From Mustelus asterias (lineage: Eukaryota), in the NCBI RefSeq assembly GCF_964213995.1, contig NW_027590773.1, positions 62,001 through 126,000 on the forward strand: a stretch of DNA of 64,000 nt, in the 5' to 3' direction. Shown here piece by piece: positions 1-13,186 of the stretch (position 1 is the first letter of the stretch; each line of letters opens with the position of its first letter). The notes beneath the pieces were generated by a model that did not search any database, was not told where the DNA came from, and saw only the letters and a list, made by a program, of their open reading frames with translations. The position numbers and the translations under genes are program-made.

Positions 1-916
1 CCGATTTTCTCCCTGACAACTCTTTTGTTCCTAACGTATGAATAGAATGCCTTAGGATTCTCCTTAATCCTGCCTGCCAAGAACATCTCGTGCCCTCTTT
101 TTGCCCTTCTAACTCCCCGTTTGAGATCTTTCCTACTCTCTCTGTATTCCTCCAGAGCTCCATCTGTTTTCAGTTGCCTGGACTTAACGTACGCCTCCCT
201 TTTCATTTTAATCAGATCCTCAATTTCCCTGGTTATCCACGGCTCTCGAATCCTACCTTTCCTATCTTTCCTTTTTACAGGCACATGCCTATCCTGCAGC
301 CTTATCAATAGTTCCTTAAAAGACTCCCACATGCCAGACGCGGACTTACCCTCGAACATCCTCTCCCAATCAACATCCACCAATTCCTGCCTAATCCGGC
401 TATAGTCAGCCTTCCCCCAATTTAGCACCCTGCCCGTAGGACAGCACTCATCCTTGTCCATTACTATCCTAAAGTTAACAGAGTTGTGGTCACTATTTGC
501 CACATGTTCCCCTACCGAAACTTTGACGACCTGACCGGGCTCATTTCCCAGAACTAGGTCCAGTATAGCCCCCTCTCTAGTCGGGCTATCGACATACTGT
601 TCCAAAGAACCTTCCAGTACGCATTTTACAAATTCCTCCCCGTCCGGTCCCCCAGCTCGAAGCACTTTCCAGTCTGTGCCAGGGAAATTAAAGTCCCCCA
701 CGACAACAACCCTATGTTTTCTGCACCTATCCAGAATCTCCTGACATATCATTTCCTCCACTTCCCGTGGGCTGTTGGGTGGTCTGTAGTACACCCCCAG
801 CATAGTGACTGCACCCTTCCTGTTTCTGAGTTCCACCCACAGCGACTCAGTACATGACCCCTCTAAGTTGTCTACCCTCTGCACCGCGGTAATATGCTCC
901 TTAACTAATATCGCTA
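1..916 (-). mobile_element. CR1-clade LINE ORF2 fragment (APE endonuclease and linker), cut by the window start
   Basis: Manual minus-strand translation gives ESLWVELRNRKGAVTMLGVYYRPPNS, VVVVGDFNFP (APE GDFN motif) and RIKENPKAFYSYVRNKR, typical of CR1 ORF2. Confidence 0.85.
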
Positions 917-2550
917 CTTTCCTGGGAGTGTTTGATGGGAACAGTGTCGATGGAGCTTTACTTTGCATCTAATCCCGTGATTCAGTTACTGATAGACTGC
1001 AGAGGAAGATCAGGTCACACACACGCTCTCCTTACACACTCTCAGACACACACACACACACACACACACATGCTCTCTCTGTCTCTCACACACACATACA
1101 CTATCTCTTATGCACTCTCTCACTCACACACATGCTCTTTCTCTCTGTCACACACACTTTCCCTCTCACACACATTCTCTCTCACACACATTCTTTCACA
1201 CACACTTTCACGCTCACACACTCTCACCCATGCATTCTCTCTCACTGACACACTCTCACACACATGCACTCAGTCTCTCTCACACACACACAGATACACT
1301 CACTCTCTCACACACATACACTCACTCTCTCACACACACAGATACACACTCTCTCACACACAGACACTCACTCTCTCACACACATACACTCTNNNNNNNN
1401 NNNNNNNNNNNNNNNNNNNNNNNNNNNNNNNNNNNNNNNNNNNNNNNNNNNNNNNNNNNNNNNNNNNNNNNNNNNNNNNNNNNNNNNNNNNNNNNNNNNN
1501 NNNNNNNNNNNNNNNNNNNNNNNNNNNNNNNNNNNNNNNNNNNNNNNNNNNNNNNNNNNNNNNNNNNNNNNNNNNNNNNNNNNNNNNNNNNNNNNNNNNN
1601 NNNNNNNNNNNNNNNNNNNNNNNNNNNNNNNNNNNNNNNNNNNNNNNNNNNNNNNNNNNNNNNNNNNNNNNNNNNNNNNNNNNNNNNNNNNNNNNNNNNN
1701 NNNNNNNNNNNNNNNNNNNNNNNNNNNNNNNNNNNNNNNNNNNNNNNNNNNNNNNNNNNNNNNNNNNNNNNNNNNNNNNNNNNNNNNNNNNNNNNNAGAG
1801 AAAGATTTGAGCTGTCTCTAACCCCGTGCTGTACCTGTCCTGGGTCTCTTTGATGTGCACAATGTGGAGGCAGCTTTTCCATTAATCTAGCACCATGCTG
1901 TATCTGTCATTGGATTATTTGATGAGGACAGTGTATAGGGAGCTTCACTCTGTATCTCACCCCGTGCTGTACCTGTCCTGGGAGTGTTTGATGGGGACAG
2001 TGTCGAGGGAGCTTCACTCTGTATCTAAACCCGTGCTGTACATGTCCTGGGAGTGTTTGATGGGGATAGTGTAGAGGGAGCTTTATCTGTATCTAACCCT
2101 GTGCTGTATATGTCCTGGGAGTGTTTGATGTGCACAATGTGGAGGCAGCTTTTCCTTTAATCTCGCACCATGCTGTATCTGTCATTGGATTATTTGATAG
2201 TGACAGTGTCTAGGGAGCTTCACTCTGTATCTAAACCCTTGCTGTACCTGTCCTGGGTGTGTTTGATGGGGACAGTGTAGAGGGAGCTTCACTCTGTACC
2301 TAATCCCGTGCTGTCTCTCTCCTGGAAGTGTTTTATGGGGACAGTGTAGAGCGAGCTTTGCTCTGTATCTTACCCTGTGCTGTCCCTGTCCTGCGAGTGT
2401 TTGATGGGGGACAGTATAGAGGGACCTTTACTCTGTATTGAACCCCGTGCTGTATTTGTCCTGGGAGTGTTTAATGGGGACAGTGTCGAGGGAGCTATAC
2501 TCTGTATCTAACCCTGTGCTGTACCTGTCCTGGGAGTGTTTGATGGGGAC
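917..2550 (+). repeat. 69-bp minisatellite array plus (CA/CT)n tract (with N gap)
   Basis: Unit gtgctgtacctgtcctgggagtgtttgatggggacagtgtagagggagctttactctgtatctaacccc repeated; produces the 23-aa periodic pseudo-ORFs (VLYLSWECLMGTVSRELYSVSNP / VRYRVKLPLHCPHQTLPGQVQHG). Confidence 0.95.
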
Positions 2551-3392
2551 AGGACTTGGGGGACATTGGATTTTAGACAATGTTTAGGGTTTTAGACTTT
2601 TCGGAGTGAAATTCAGGAACACTTTGCCACACCAGGTGTGATATTAGTTTGGAACTACCTTCTATAATTCACAGTTGATGCTCAGTCGCTTATTAATGTT
2701 CAAACCTGAAGTTGATAGATAATATTTTACATACAGGAGAAGCAATTTAAAATCAATGGGTCAATGTTAAAATAGTTGCAGGAACAGAGAGACCTGGGGT
2801 TTCAGTTCATTTTTACATCTTAAAGATTCAACCTGGGGCTCAGAATCTGTCAGTTGAATCTACTTTTCCTGTCCCGAAAACGTGTCAACAATTGTGTTGG
2901 GGAATGTGACAAAAGGTGACATTCCTGCATCCTGCACAGTGGGGTTGGGAGGTTGTTTGAAAGGAGATTCAGAAAGTGTCAATTAGATTGTGTCTCTTTG
3001 CAGAAGTTGAGTATTTCACAGGAGATGCCTTGAGATAAAGGAAAGTTTTACCAATGTCTGCGTAACTTTCAAAGTCTCCAGACGCATGAAGGGGGCAGGG
3101 ATTTTGTAATATTCAGAGCAGGAGATGGGGGACAATCACAGAATTGAAGATGTGAGGCCATCTCTTGTTTCTGAATGTCAATCTGTAGCTTTTAAACTTT
3201 AGTCCGAGGCTAATCATTCCAAGTTTGCAATCCCACACTTTGCTGTTGTTAATTTTGAGTTGTAGATTTTCTGAAATTGATTCTGTAATAAAAATCCCTG
3301 CAGGATGCAATGATTCCCATTCTGTCTGCTGCTGCAAAGCCCCAGTTTGTGTCTCAGTTTCACTCTTTATCAACCATTTAAGATCCAAGAGC

Positions 3393-3602
3393 CAGAGAAT
3401 TCCTACACTGCAGAATGAGGCCATTCAGCCCAACAAGCCTGCCCCGACAATAATCCCACCCAGGCCCGAATCCCCCTGACACTAAGGGGCAATTTAGCAA
3501 ACGTGCAAACTCCACACAGACAGTCACTCGAGGCGGGGAATCGAACCCAGATCCCTGGCGCTGTGAGTCAGCAGTGCTAACCACTGTGCCACCGTGTCGC
3601 CC
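3393..3602 (-). mobile_element. HE1-type tRNA-derived V-SINE, internally deleted
   Basis: Minus strand reads acggtggcacagtggttagcactgctg...gggttcgattccc (Pol III A/B boxes), then tgtgtggagtttgcac and a CR1-like 3' tail. Confidence 0.85.
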
Positions 3603-3929
3603 GGTGATGAGACAGAACGTTTGCCAAAGTGCACAGAAATAGGCAGCATTATCAGCATTTTAGCTGGAAGCTTCAAATGACAAAGGGATCTTAATAGTAG
3701 AGTCACAGAATCCCTGCAGTGCAGAAGGAGACCATTCAGCCCATCGAGTCTGTACTGACTCTCTGACACAGTATCTTACCAAGGCCCTTGACCCAGCCCT
3801 ATCCCCGTAACCCCACACATTTACCTTAATCCACCGAACCTACACAGCTTTGGACAGGAAACGGCAATTTACTGTGTCCAATCCACAAATTTGGAAAATA
3901 CTGGGATGGATTGAGAAATGGTTTCCGGG

Positions 3930-5620
3930 CAGAAAACAGAGCTCAGATACAAATGGGCCCTTTGGCCCAACTTTTCCCTGCCACCCAGTTTTTCACCATT
4001 AAGCTCGTATCAAATGCCTTGCGTTTGGCCCAAATCCCTCCATACCAATCTTACCAGAATAACTGTCTAAATGCTTTTTAAAATATAAAATTGTATCCGC
4101 TTCTACTCCGACCTCTGGCAGCTTGTTCCAATCCCTCACCACCCTATGTGTGAAATGAATTGCCCTCTGGACCCTCTCCCCTCTCACCTTAAACCTATGT
4201 CTTCTAGTTTTAGACTCCCCTCCCTTTTGGAAAAGATGTTGACGAGCTTATCAAAGAACAAAGAGAATTACAGCACAGGAACAGGCCCTTCGGCCCTCCA
4301 AGCCTGCACCAACCATGCTGCCCGACTGAACTAAAACCCCCTACCCTTCCGGGGACCATATCCCTCTATTCCCATCCTATTCATGTATTTGTCCAGACGT
4401 TCCGTAAAACTCACTATCGTATCTGCTTCCACTACCTCCCCCGGCAGCGAGTTCCAGGCACCCACCACCCTCTGTGTAAAAAAACGTGCCTTGTACATCT
4501 CCTTTAAACCTTGCCCCTCACACCTTAAACCTATGCCCCCTAGATTTTGAATCTTCCACCCTGGTAAAAAGCTTCTGACTATCCACTCTGTCCATGCCCC
4601 TCATAATCTTGTAGAATTCTATCAGGTCATCCCTCAACCTCCGTCGTTCCAGTGAGAACAAACCAAGTTTCTCCAATCTCTCCTCAGAGCTAATGCCCTC
4701 CATCCTAGGAAACATCCTGGTAAATCTTTTCTGAACCCTCTCCAAAGCCTCCACATCTTTCTGGTAGTGTGTCGATCAGAATTGAACACTATATTCCAAG
4801 TGCGGCCTAACTAAGGTTCGATAAAGCTGCTGTATCCATGCCCTCATTATTTTAGAGACCTCTATAAGAACACCACTAAGCCAACTCAAGGGAAAAAAGT
4901 CCCAGAGTATCCAGCCTCTCATTATAACTCAAACCATCAGGACCCCATAGCATCCCAGTCATTCTTTTCTGCACACTTTCTAGCTTAATAATCTCCTTTT
5001 TATAAGGGTGACCAGAACAATACACAGCATTCCAAGTGTGGTCTTACCAATGTCTTGTACAACTTCAACAAGACGTCCCAACTCCTGTGTTCCATGTTCT
5101 GACCAATGCAACCAAGCATGTGGAATGCCTTCTTCACCACTCTACCCACCTGTGACTCCACTTTCAAGGAGCTGTCAATCTGTACCCCGAGATCCCTTTG
5201 TTCTGTAACTCTCACCAACACCCTACCATTAACTGAGTAAGTCCTGTGTTGGTTCGATCCACCAAAATGTATCACCTTGCATTTATCTAAATTAAACTAC
5301 ACCTGCCATTCAACAGCCCACTGGCCCAATTGATCAAGACCCCATTGCAACCCTAGATAACCTTCTTCACTGTCCACTATGCCACAAATCTTGGTGTCAA
5401 CTGCAAACTTACAAACCATGCCTCCTAAATTCTCATCCAAATCATTAATATAAATGACCAATAACAGTGGACCCAGCACCGATCCCTGAGGCACCCCGCT
5501 GGTCACAGGCCTCCAGTTTGACCAAAAAAACAACCCTCTACACCACCCTCTGTCTTCTGTCATCAAGCCAATTTTATATCCATTTGGCTACCTCACCCTG
5601 GATCCCGTGAGATTTAACCA
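3930..5620 (-). mobile_element. Nested, degenerate CR1 LINE RT and 3' fragments
   Basis: Translations GVPQGSVLGPLL, KFAVDTK, LYKTLVRPHLE, LERVQKRFTRM, LFSLERRRLR, RGHRFKV, with frameshifts and stops. Confidence 0.92.
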
Positions 5621-6237
5621 AATCCTGTCTGCTTTTGTTTTTAAATGTTTACATTTTTAAACACTGAAACCTCTTGCCCTTGTTGGGAATATCAGTGCGG
5701 TTTGAGAAAAGCAAACACTGATCCCACACTCAACACTCCCCAACACAGGACTGAGCAGAGAGTGTGAAATGTGACTGGTGTGAGTGTGGATTGTCTTTTA
5801 AAAGTGGGTAAGAAACACTCCTCCATTTTCAAATCTTTACCTTGCTTATGTAGCGTCTTGGACTCCCCTGACACTCACTATCCATCTGAATTAATCTCTA
5901 TTCCTCACTGTCGAACTGTTACTCTCTGCATTGCTCCCTCTCCCAACCTCTCTGTTACTCTGCATCGCTCCATCTCTCTCTCTTCCTCTCCCTCTCTCTA
6001 TCCCTCTCATCCACCATGTTGTTTATCGTTAAGGGGTCTAATCACGGAGAATTCAAACACTCTTTCTGTTTCTGTCTTGGCAGAATTAGCAACATTAGTG
6101 GATATTTCAAGACTGGATTCACCCAATACAGACAGAACGCTGGTGAGCTCAGTACACGTGGTACCTGAATGTTACAATAAGATAGAATCTGTATTCAGAC
6201 AACTGTCACCCCACAGGGTCCAAACTTCACCGTGTTA

Positions 6238-6402
6238 ATTTGATTTGATTTGATTGATTTGTATTGGGATGCAGTGAGAAGTATTGTTTCTTGTGCGCTA
6301 TCCAGACAAAACATTCTGTACATAGAGTGCACAGGGGAGAAGGAGAGGAAAGGGTGCAGAATATAGTGTTGCAGTTACTGATAGGGTGTAGACAAAGATC
6401 AG
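6238..6402 (-). mobile_element. Probable non-LTR retroelement 3' end with (ATCAA)n tail
   Basis: (tttga)n microsatellite tail at 6238-6260 followed by repeat-like sequence; family not determined. Confidence 0.4.
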
Positions 6403-9400
6403 CTCACACACACACACTCTCTCTTACACACTCTTAGACACACACATCATCTCACACACACACACACTCTCACACACACACACTCTCTCTTACACACTCT
6501 TAGACACACACATAATCTCACGCGCACACACGCTCTCTCTCTCACACACACACTCTCTCACACTCTCAGACACACACATACTATCTCTCACACACACACA
6601 AACACTCTCACACACACACGCTCTCTCTCTCTCGCACACACACTCTCTCACACTCTCAGNNNNNNNNNNNNNNNNNNNNNNNNNNNNNNNNNNNNNNNNN
6701 NNNNNNNNNNNNNNNNNNNNNNNNNNNNNNNNNNNNNNNNNNNNNNNNNNNNNNNNNNNNNNNNNNNNNNNNNNNNNNNNNNNNNNNNNNNNNNGTCTCC
6801 ATCACACATTGTCTCTCTTTCTCACACTCTCCCTCTCACACACACACACAAACTCATATTCTCTCTCTCACACACACACATTCTCTCTCACACACACAAT
6901 GTGGAGGGAGATTTACGCTGTATCTCACCCGATGCTGTACCTGTCCTGGGTGTGTTTGATGTGGAGGCAGCTTTTCCCTGCATCTATCCCCATGCTGTAT
7001 CTGTCATTGGAATATTTGATTGTCATGATGTGGAGATTTGATAGTTATTTGATAGTGACAGTGTAGAGGGAGTTTTATCTGTATCTAACCCCATGCTGTA
7101 ACTGTCCTGTATGTGTTTCATGGGGACAGTGTAGAGGGAGCTTTACTCTCTATCTAACCCCGTGCTGTATCTGTCCTGGGACTGTTTGATGAGGACAGTG
7201 TAGAGGAAGCTTTACTCTGTATCTAACCCCGTGCTGTACCTGTCCTGGGAGTGTTTGATGGGGACAGTGTCGAGGGAGCTTCACTCTGTATCTAACCCCG
7301 TGCTGTGCCTGTCCTGGGAGTGTTTGATGGGGACAGTGACGAGGGAGCTTTACTCTGTATCTAACCCCGTGCTGTACCTGTCCTGGGTGTGTTTGATGGG
7401 AACAGTGTCGAGGGAGCTTTACTCTATATATAACCACTTGCTTTATCTGTCCTGGGAGTGTTTGATGGGGACAGTGTCGAGGGAGCTTTACTCTGTATCT
7501 AACCCCGTGCTGTACTGTCCTTGGTTTGTCTGATAGGGATATTGTAGAGGGAGCTTTACTCCATATCTAACCCCCTGCTGTATCTGTTCTTGGAGTGTTT
7601 GATGGGGATAGTGCAGAGGGAGCTTTACTCTGTATCTAACCCATGCTGTCCCTGTCCTGGGAGTGTTTGATGGGGACAGTATCGAGGGAGCTTTACTCTG
7701 TATCTAAACCCGTGCTGTACCTGTCCTGGGCGAGTGTGTTGGGGACAGTGCAGAGGGAGCTTACTCTGTATCTAACCCCGTGCTGTATCTGTCCTTGGTT
7801 TGTTTGATGGGGACAGTGTGGAGGGAGCTTTACTCTATATCTAACCCCTTGCTGTATCTGTTCTGGGACTGTTTGATGGGGACAGTGTACAGTGAGCTTT
7901 ACGCTGTATCTAAACCCGTGCTGTATCTGTCCTGGGTGTGTTGGATGGGGACAGTGTAGAGGGAGCTTTGCTCTGTATCGAACCCCGTGTTGTCTCTGTC
8001 CTGGGAGTGTTGGATGGGAACAGTGTAGAGAGAGCTTTACTCTGTTTCTCACCCCGTGCTGTCCCTGTACCTTTCCTGTGAGTGTTTGATGGGAACAGTG
8101 TCGAGGGAGCTTTAGTTTACATCTAATCCCGTGATTCAGTTACTGATAGACTGCAGAGGAAGATCAGGTCACACACACGCTCTCCTTACACACTCTCAGA
8201 CACACACACATACACACATGCTCTCTCTGTCTCTCACACACACATGCACTATCTCTTACGCACTCTCTCACTCACACACATGCTCTTTCTCTCTGTCACA
8301 CACACTCTTTCTCTCTCTATCACACACTTTCTCTCTCACACACTTTCTCTCTCACACACATTCTCTCACACACACTTTCACGCTCACACATTCTCTCTCA
8401 CTGACACACTCACACACATGCACTCAGTCTCTCACACACACAGAAACACTCACTCTCTCACACACATACACTCTCTCTCTCACACATACACTCTCTTTCA
8501 AACATATACTCTCTCTCTCACACACACACTCTCACACACACAATCACTCTCTCACACACTCTCTCACACACACACTCCCTCTCTCACACATACACTCTCT
8601 CTCAAACATATACTCTCTCTCACGCACACACTCTCTCTCCCGCACACACTCTCTCTCTCACACATACACTCTCTCTCAAACATATACTCTCTGTCACGCA
8701 CACACTCTCTCTTCCGCACACACTCTCTCTCTCACACACGCTCTCTCTCACGCACACGCTCTCTCGCACACACTCTCTCTCTCGCGCACACTCTCACACA
8801 CACAGTCTCTCTCACACGCACACTCTCTCTCACACACACACTCTCTCTCACACACACACTCTCTCTCACACACACGCTCTCTCTCACACACACGCTCTCT
8901 CTCACACACACACTCTCTCTCTCACACACACTCTCTCTCTCGCATACACTCTCNNNNNNNNNNNNNNNNNNNNNNNNNNNNNNNNNNNNNNNNNNNNNNN
9001 NNNNNNNNNNNNNNNNNNNNNNNNNNNNNNNNNNNNNNNNNNNNNNNNNNNNNNNNNNNNNNNNNNNNNNNNNNNNNNNNNNNNNNNNNNNNNNNNNNNN
9101 NNNNNNNNNNNNNNNNNNTAGAGGAAGATTTGAGCTGTATCTAACCCCGTGCTGTACCTGTCCTGGGTCTGTTTGATGTGCACAATGTGGAGGTAGCTTT
9201 TCCTTTAATCTCGCACCATGCTGTATCTGTCATTGGATTATTTGATGAGGACAGTGTATAGGGAGCTTCAGTCTGTATCTCACCCCGTGCTGTACCTGTC
9301 CTGGGAGTGTTTGATGGGGACAGTGTCGAGGGAGCTTTACTTTGCATCTAATCCCGTGTTTCAGTCACTGATAGACTGTAGAGGAAGATCAGGTCACACA

Positions 9401-12400
9401 CACACTCTCCTTACACACTCTCAGACACACACACACACACACACACATGCTCTCTCTGTCTCTCACACACACATGCACTATCTCTTACGCACTCTCTCAC
9501 TCACACACATGCTCTTTCTCTCTCTCACACACACTTTCTCTCTCTCTCACACATTCTCTCTCTCACACATTCTCTCTCTCACACATTCTCTCTCTCACAC
9601 ATTCTCTCACACACACTTTCACGCTCACACACTCTCACCCATGCATTCTCTCTCACTGTCACACTCTCACACACATGCACTCAGTCTCTCTCACACACAG
9701 ATATACTCACTCTCTCACACACATACACGCACTCTCTCACACACATTCTCTCCCTCTCACACATACANNNNNNNNNNNNNNNNNNNNNNNNNNNNNNNNN
9801 NNNNNNNNNNNNNNNNNNNNNNNNNNNNNNNNNNNNNNNNNNNNNNNNNNNNNNNNNNNNNNNNNNNNNNNNNNNNNNNNNNNNNNNNNNNNNNNNNNNN
9901 TCTCCCGCACACACTCTCTCTCTCTCACACACACACACTCTCTCTCACGCACGTGCTCTCTCGCACACACTCTCTCTCTCGCACACTCTCTCTCTCGCAC
10001 ACACTCTCTCTCGCGCACACACTCTCTCTCGCGCACACTCTCTCTCACACGCACNNNNNNNNNNNNNNNNNNNNNNNNNNNNNNNNNNNNNNNNNNNNNN
10101 NNNNNNNNNNNNNNNNNNNNNNNNNNNNNNNNNNNNNNNNNNNNNNNNNNNNNNNNNNNNNNNNNNNNNNNNNNNNNNNNNNNNNNNNNNNNNNNNNNNN
10201 NNNNNNNNNNNNNNNNNNNNNNNNNNNNNNNNNNNNNNNNNNNNNNNNNNNNNNNNNNNNNNNNNNNNNNNNNNNNAAGATTTGAGCTGTATCTAACCCC
10301 GTGCTGTACCTGTCCTGGGTGTGTTTGATGTGCACAATGTGGGGGCAGCTTTTCCTTTAATCTCGCACCATGCTGTATCTGTCATTGGATTATTTGATGG
10401 GGACAGTGTATAGGGAGCTTCAGTCTGTATCTAAACCCGTGCTGTACCTGTCCTGGGAGTGTTTGATGGGGACAGTGTCAAGGGAGCTTTACTCTGTATC
10501 TAACCCCGTGCTGTACCTGTCCTGGGAGTGTTTGATGGGGACAATGTATAGGGAGCTTCACTCTGTATCTCACCCCATGCTGTACCTGTCCGGGAAGTGT
10601 TTGATGGGGACAGTGTCGAGGGAGCTTCACTTTGTAGCTAAACCCGTGCTGTACCTGTCCTGGGAGTGTTTGATGGGGATAGTGTAGAGGGAGCTTTACT
10701 CTGTATCTAACCCTGTGCTGTATATGTCCTGGGAGTGTTTGATGGGGACAGTGGAGAGGGAGCTTTACTCTGTATCTAAACCAGTGCTGCACCTGTCCTG
10801 GGTGTGTTTGATGGGGACAGTGTAGAGGGAGCTTTACTCTGTATCGAACCCCGTGCTGTACCTGTCCTGGGAGTGTTTGATGGGGACAGTGTAGAGGGAG
10901 ATTTACTCTGTATCTCACCCCGTGCTGTATCTGTTCCGGGAGTGTTTGATGGGGACAGTGTCGAGGGAGCTTTACTCTATATCTAACCACTTGCTGTATC
11001 TGTCCTGCGAGTGTTTGATGGGGACAGTGTAGAGGGAGCTTTCCTCTGTATTTAACCCCGTGCTGTATCTGTTCTGGGACTGTTTTGATGGGGACAGTGT
11101 ACAGTGAGCTTTAATCTGTATCTAACCCCGTGCTGTACCTGTCCTGGGAGTGTTTGATGGGGACAGTGTAGACGGAGCTTTACTCTGTATCTAACCCCGT
11201 GCTGTATCTGTTCTAGGACTGTTTGATGGGGACAATGTAGAGGGAGCTTTGCTCTGTATCTAACCCCGTGCTGTATCTGTTCTGGGACTGTTTTGATGGG
11301 GACAGTGTACAGTGAGCTTTAATCTGTATCTCACCCCGTGCTGTACCTGTCCTGGGAGTGTTTGATGGGGACAGTGTAGAGGGAGCTTTACTTTGTATCT
11401 AACCCCGTGCTGTATCTGTTCTGGGACTGTTTGATTGGGACAGTGGAGAGGGAGGTTTGCTCTGTATCGAACCCCGTGCTGTATCTGTCCTTGGTTTGTT
11501 TGATGGGGACAGTGTAGAGGGAGCTTTACTCTGTATCTAACCCCGTGCTGTATCTGTCCTGGGTGTGTTGGATGGGGACAGTGTAGAGGGAGCTTTACTC
11601 TGTATCGAACTCTGTGCTGTCCCTGTACCTTTCCTGGGAGTGTTTGATGGGAACAGTGTCGAGGGAGCTTTACTTTGCATCTAATCCCGTGATTCAGTTA
11701 CTGATAGACTGTAGAGGAAGATCAGGTCACACACACGCTCTCCTTACACATTCTCAGACACACACACACACACATGCTCTCTCTGTCTCTCACACACACA
11801 TACACTATCTCTTACGCACTCTCTCACTCACACACATGTTCTTTCTCTCTGTCACACACACACTTTCTCTCTCACGCACACACTCTCTCTCTCGCACACA
11901 CTCGCTCTCTCACACACATTCTCTCTCACACACACACACTTTCTCACACAGTCTCTCTCTNNNNNNNNNNNNNNNNNNNNNNNNNNNNNNNNNNNNNNNN
12001 NNNNNNNNNNNNNNNNNNNNNNNNNNNNNNNNNNNNNNNNNNNNNNNNNNNNNNNNNNNNNNNNNNNNNNNNNNNNNNNNNNNNNNNNNNNNNNNNNNNN
12101 NNNNNNNNNNNGCACACTCTCTCTCTCGCACACTCTCTCTCTCGCACACTCTCTCTCTCGCACACTCNNNNNNNNNNNNNNNNNNNNNNNNNNNNNNNNN
12201 NNNNNNNNNNNNNNNNNNNNNNNNNNNNNNNNNNNNNNNNNNNNNNNNNNNNNNNNNNNNNNNNNNNNNNNNNNNNNNNNNNNNNNNNNNNNNNNNNAAA
12301 CATTTGAGCTGTATCTAACCCCGTGCTGTCCCTGTCCTGGGTCTGTTTGATGTGCACAATGTGGAGGCAGCTTTTCCTTTAATCTAGCACCATGCTGTAT

Positions 12401-13186
12401 CTGTCATTGGATTATTTGATGGGGACAGTGTATAGGGAGCTTCACTCTGTATCTAACCCCGTGCTGTACCTGTCCTGGGAGTGTTTGATGGGGACAGTGT
12501 CGAGGGAGCTTTACTCTGTATCTAACCCCGTGTTGTACCTGTCCTGGGAGTGTTTGATGGGGACAATGTCGAGGGAGCTTTACTCTGTATCTAATCCCGT
12601 GCTGTACCTGTCCTGGGAGTGTTTGATGGGGACAGTGTCGAGGGAGCTTCACTCTGTATCTAAACCCGTGCTGTACCTGTCCTGGGAGTGTTTGATGGGG
12701 ACAGTATAGAGGGAGCTTTACTCTGTATCTAACCCCGTGCTGTACCTGTCCTGGGAGTGTTTGATGGGGGACAGTGTAGAGGGAGCTTCACTCTGTATCC
12801 AAACACGTGCTGTACCTGTCCTGGGAGTGTTTGATGGGGATAGTGTAGAGGGAGCTTTATCTGTATCTACCCCTGTGCTGTATATGTCCTGGGAGTGTTT
12901 GATGGGGACAGTGTAGAGGGAGCTTTACTCTATATCTAACCACTTGCTGTATCTGTCCTGGGAGTGTTTGATGGGGACAGTGTAGAGGGAGATTTACACT
13001 GTATCTAACCCCATGCTGTGGCTGTCCTGGGAGTGTTTGATTGGGACAGTGTAGAGAGAGCTTTACTCTGTATCTAACCCCGTGCTGTACCTGTCCTGCG
13101 AGTGTTTGATGGAGACAGTGTAGAGGGACCTTTACTCTGTACCTAACCCTGTGCTGTACCTGTCCTGGGAGTTTTTGATGGGGACA
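6403..13186 (+). repeat. Higher-order array of 69-bp minisatellite blocks alternating with (CA/CT)n tracts
   Basis: Satellite blocks at about 6895-8130, 9118-9360, 10277-11690 and 12298-13186. Most are followed by the same junction cagttactgatagactgtagaggaagatcaggtcacacac and a microsatellite; several N gaps. Confidence 0.95.

Larger units (their letters stand above)
2551..5665 (+). repeat. Segmental duplication block, copy 1 (unique-looking DNA + SINEs + CR1 fragments)
   Basis: Near-identical to 13187-16300 and, inverted and partial, to 19701-21910; the same pseudo-ORFs (MASFCSVGIL..., MEALERVQKRF...) recur. Confidence 0.95.

Noticed and set aside
3113-3424. 103-aa ORF MASFCSVGIL... present in three copies
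   Set aside because: Recurrence is explained by recent segmental duplication; it starts inside a SINE tail and has no domain signature.
10277-11690. CRISPR-like regular repeats
   Set aside because: Head-to-tail 69-bp units with no unique spacers, no cas genes, vertebrate context.
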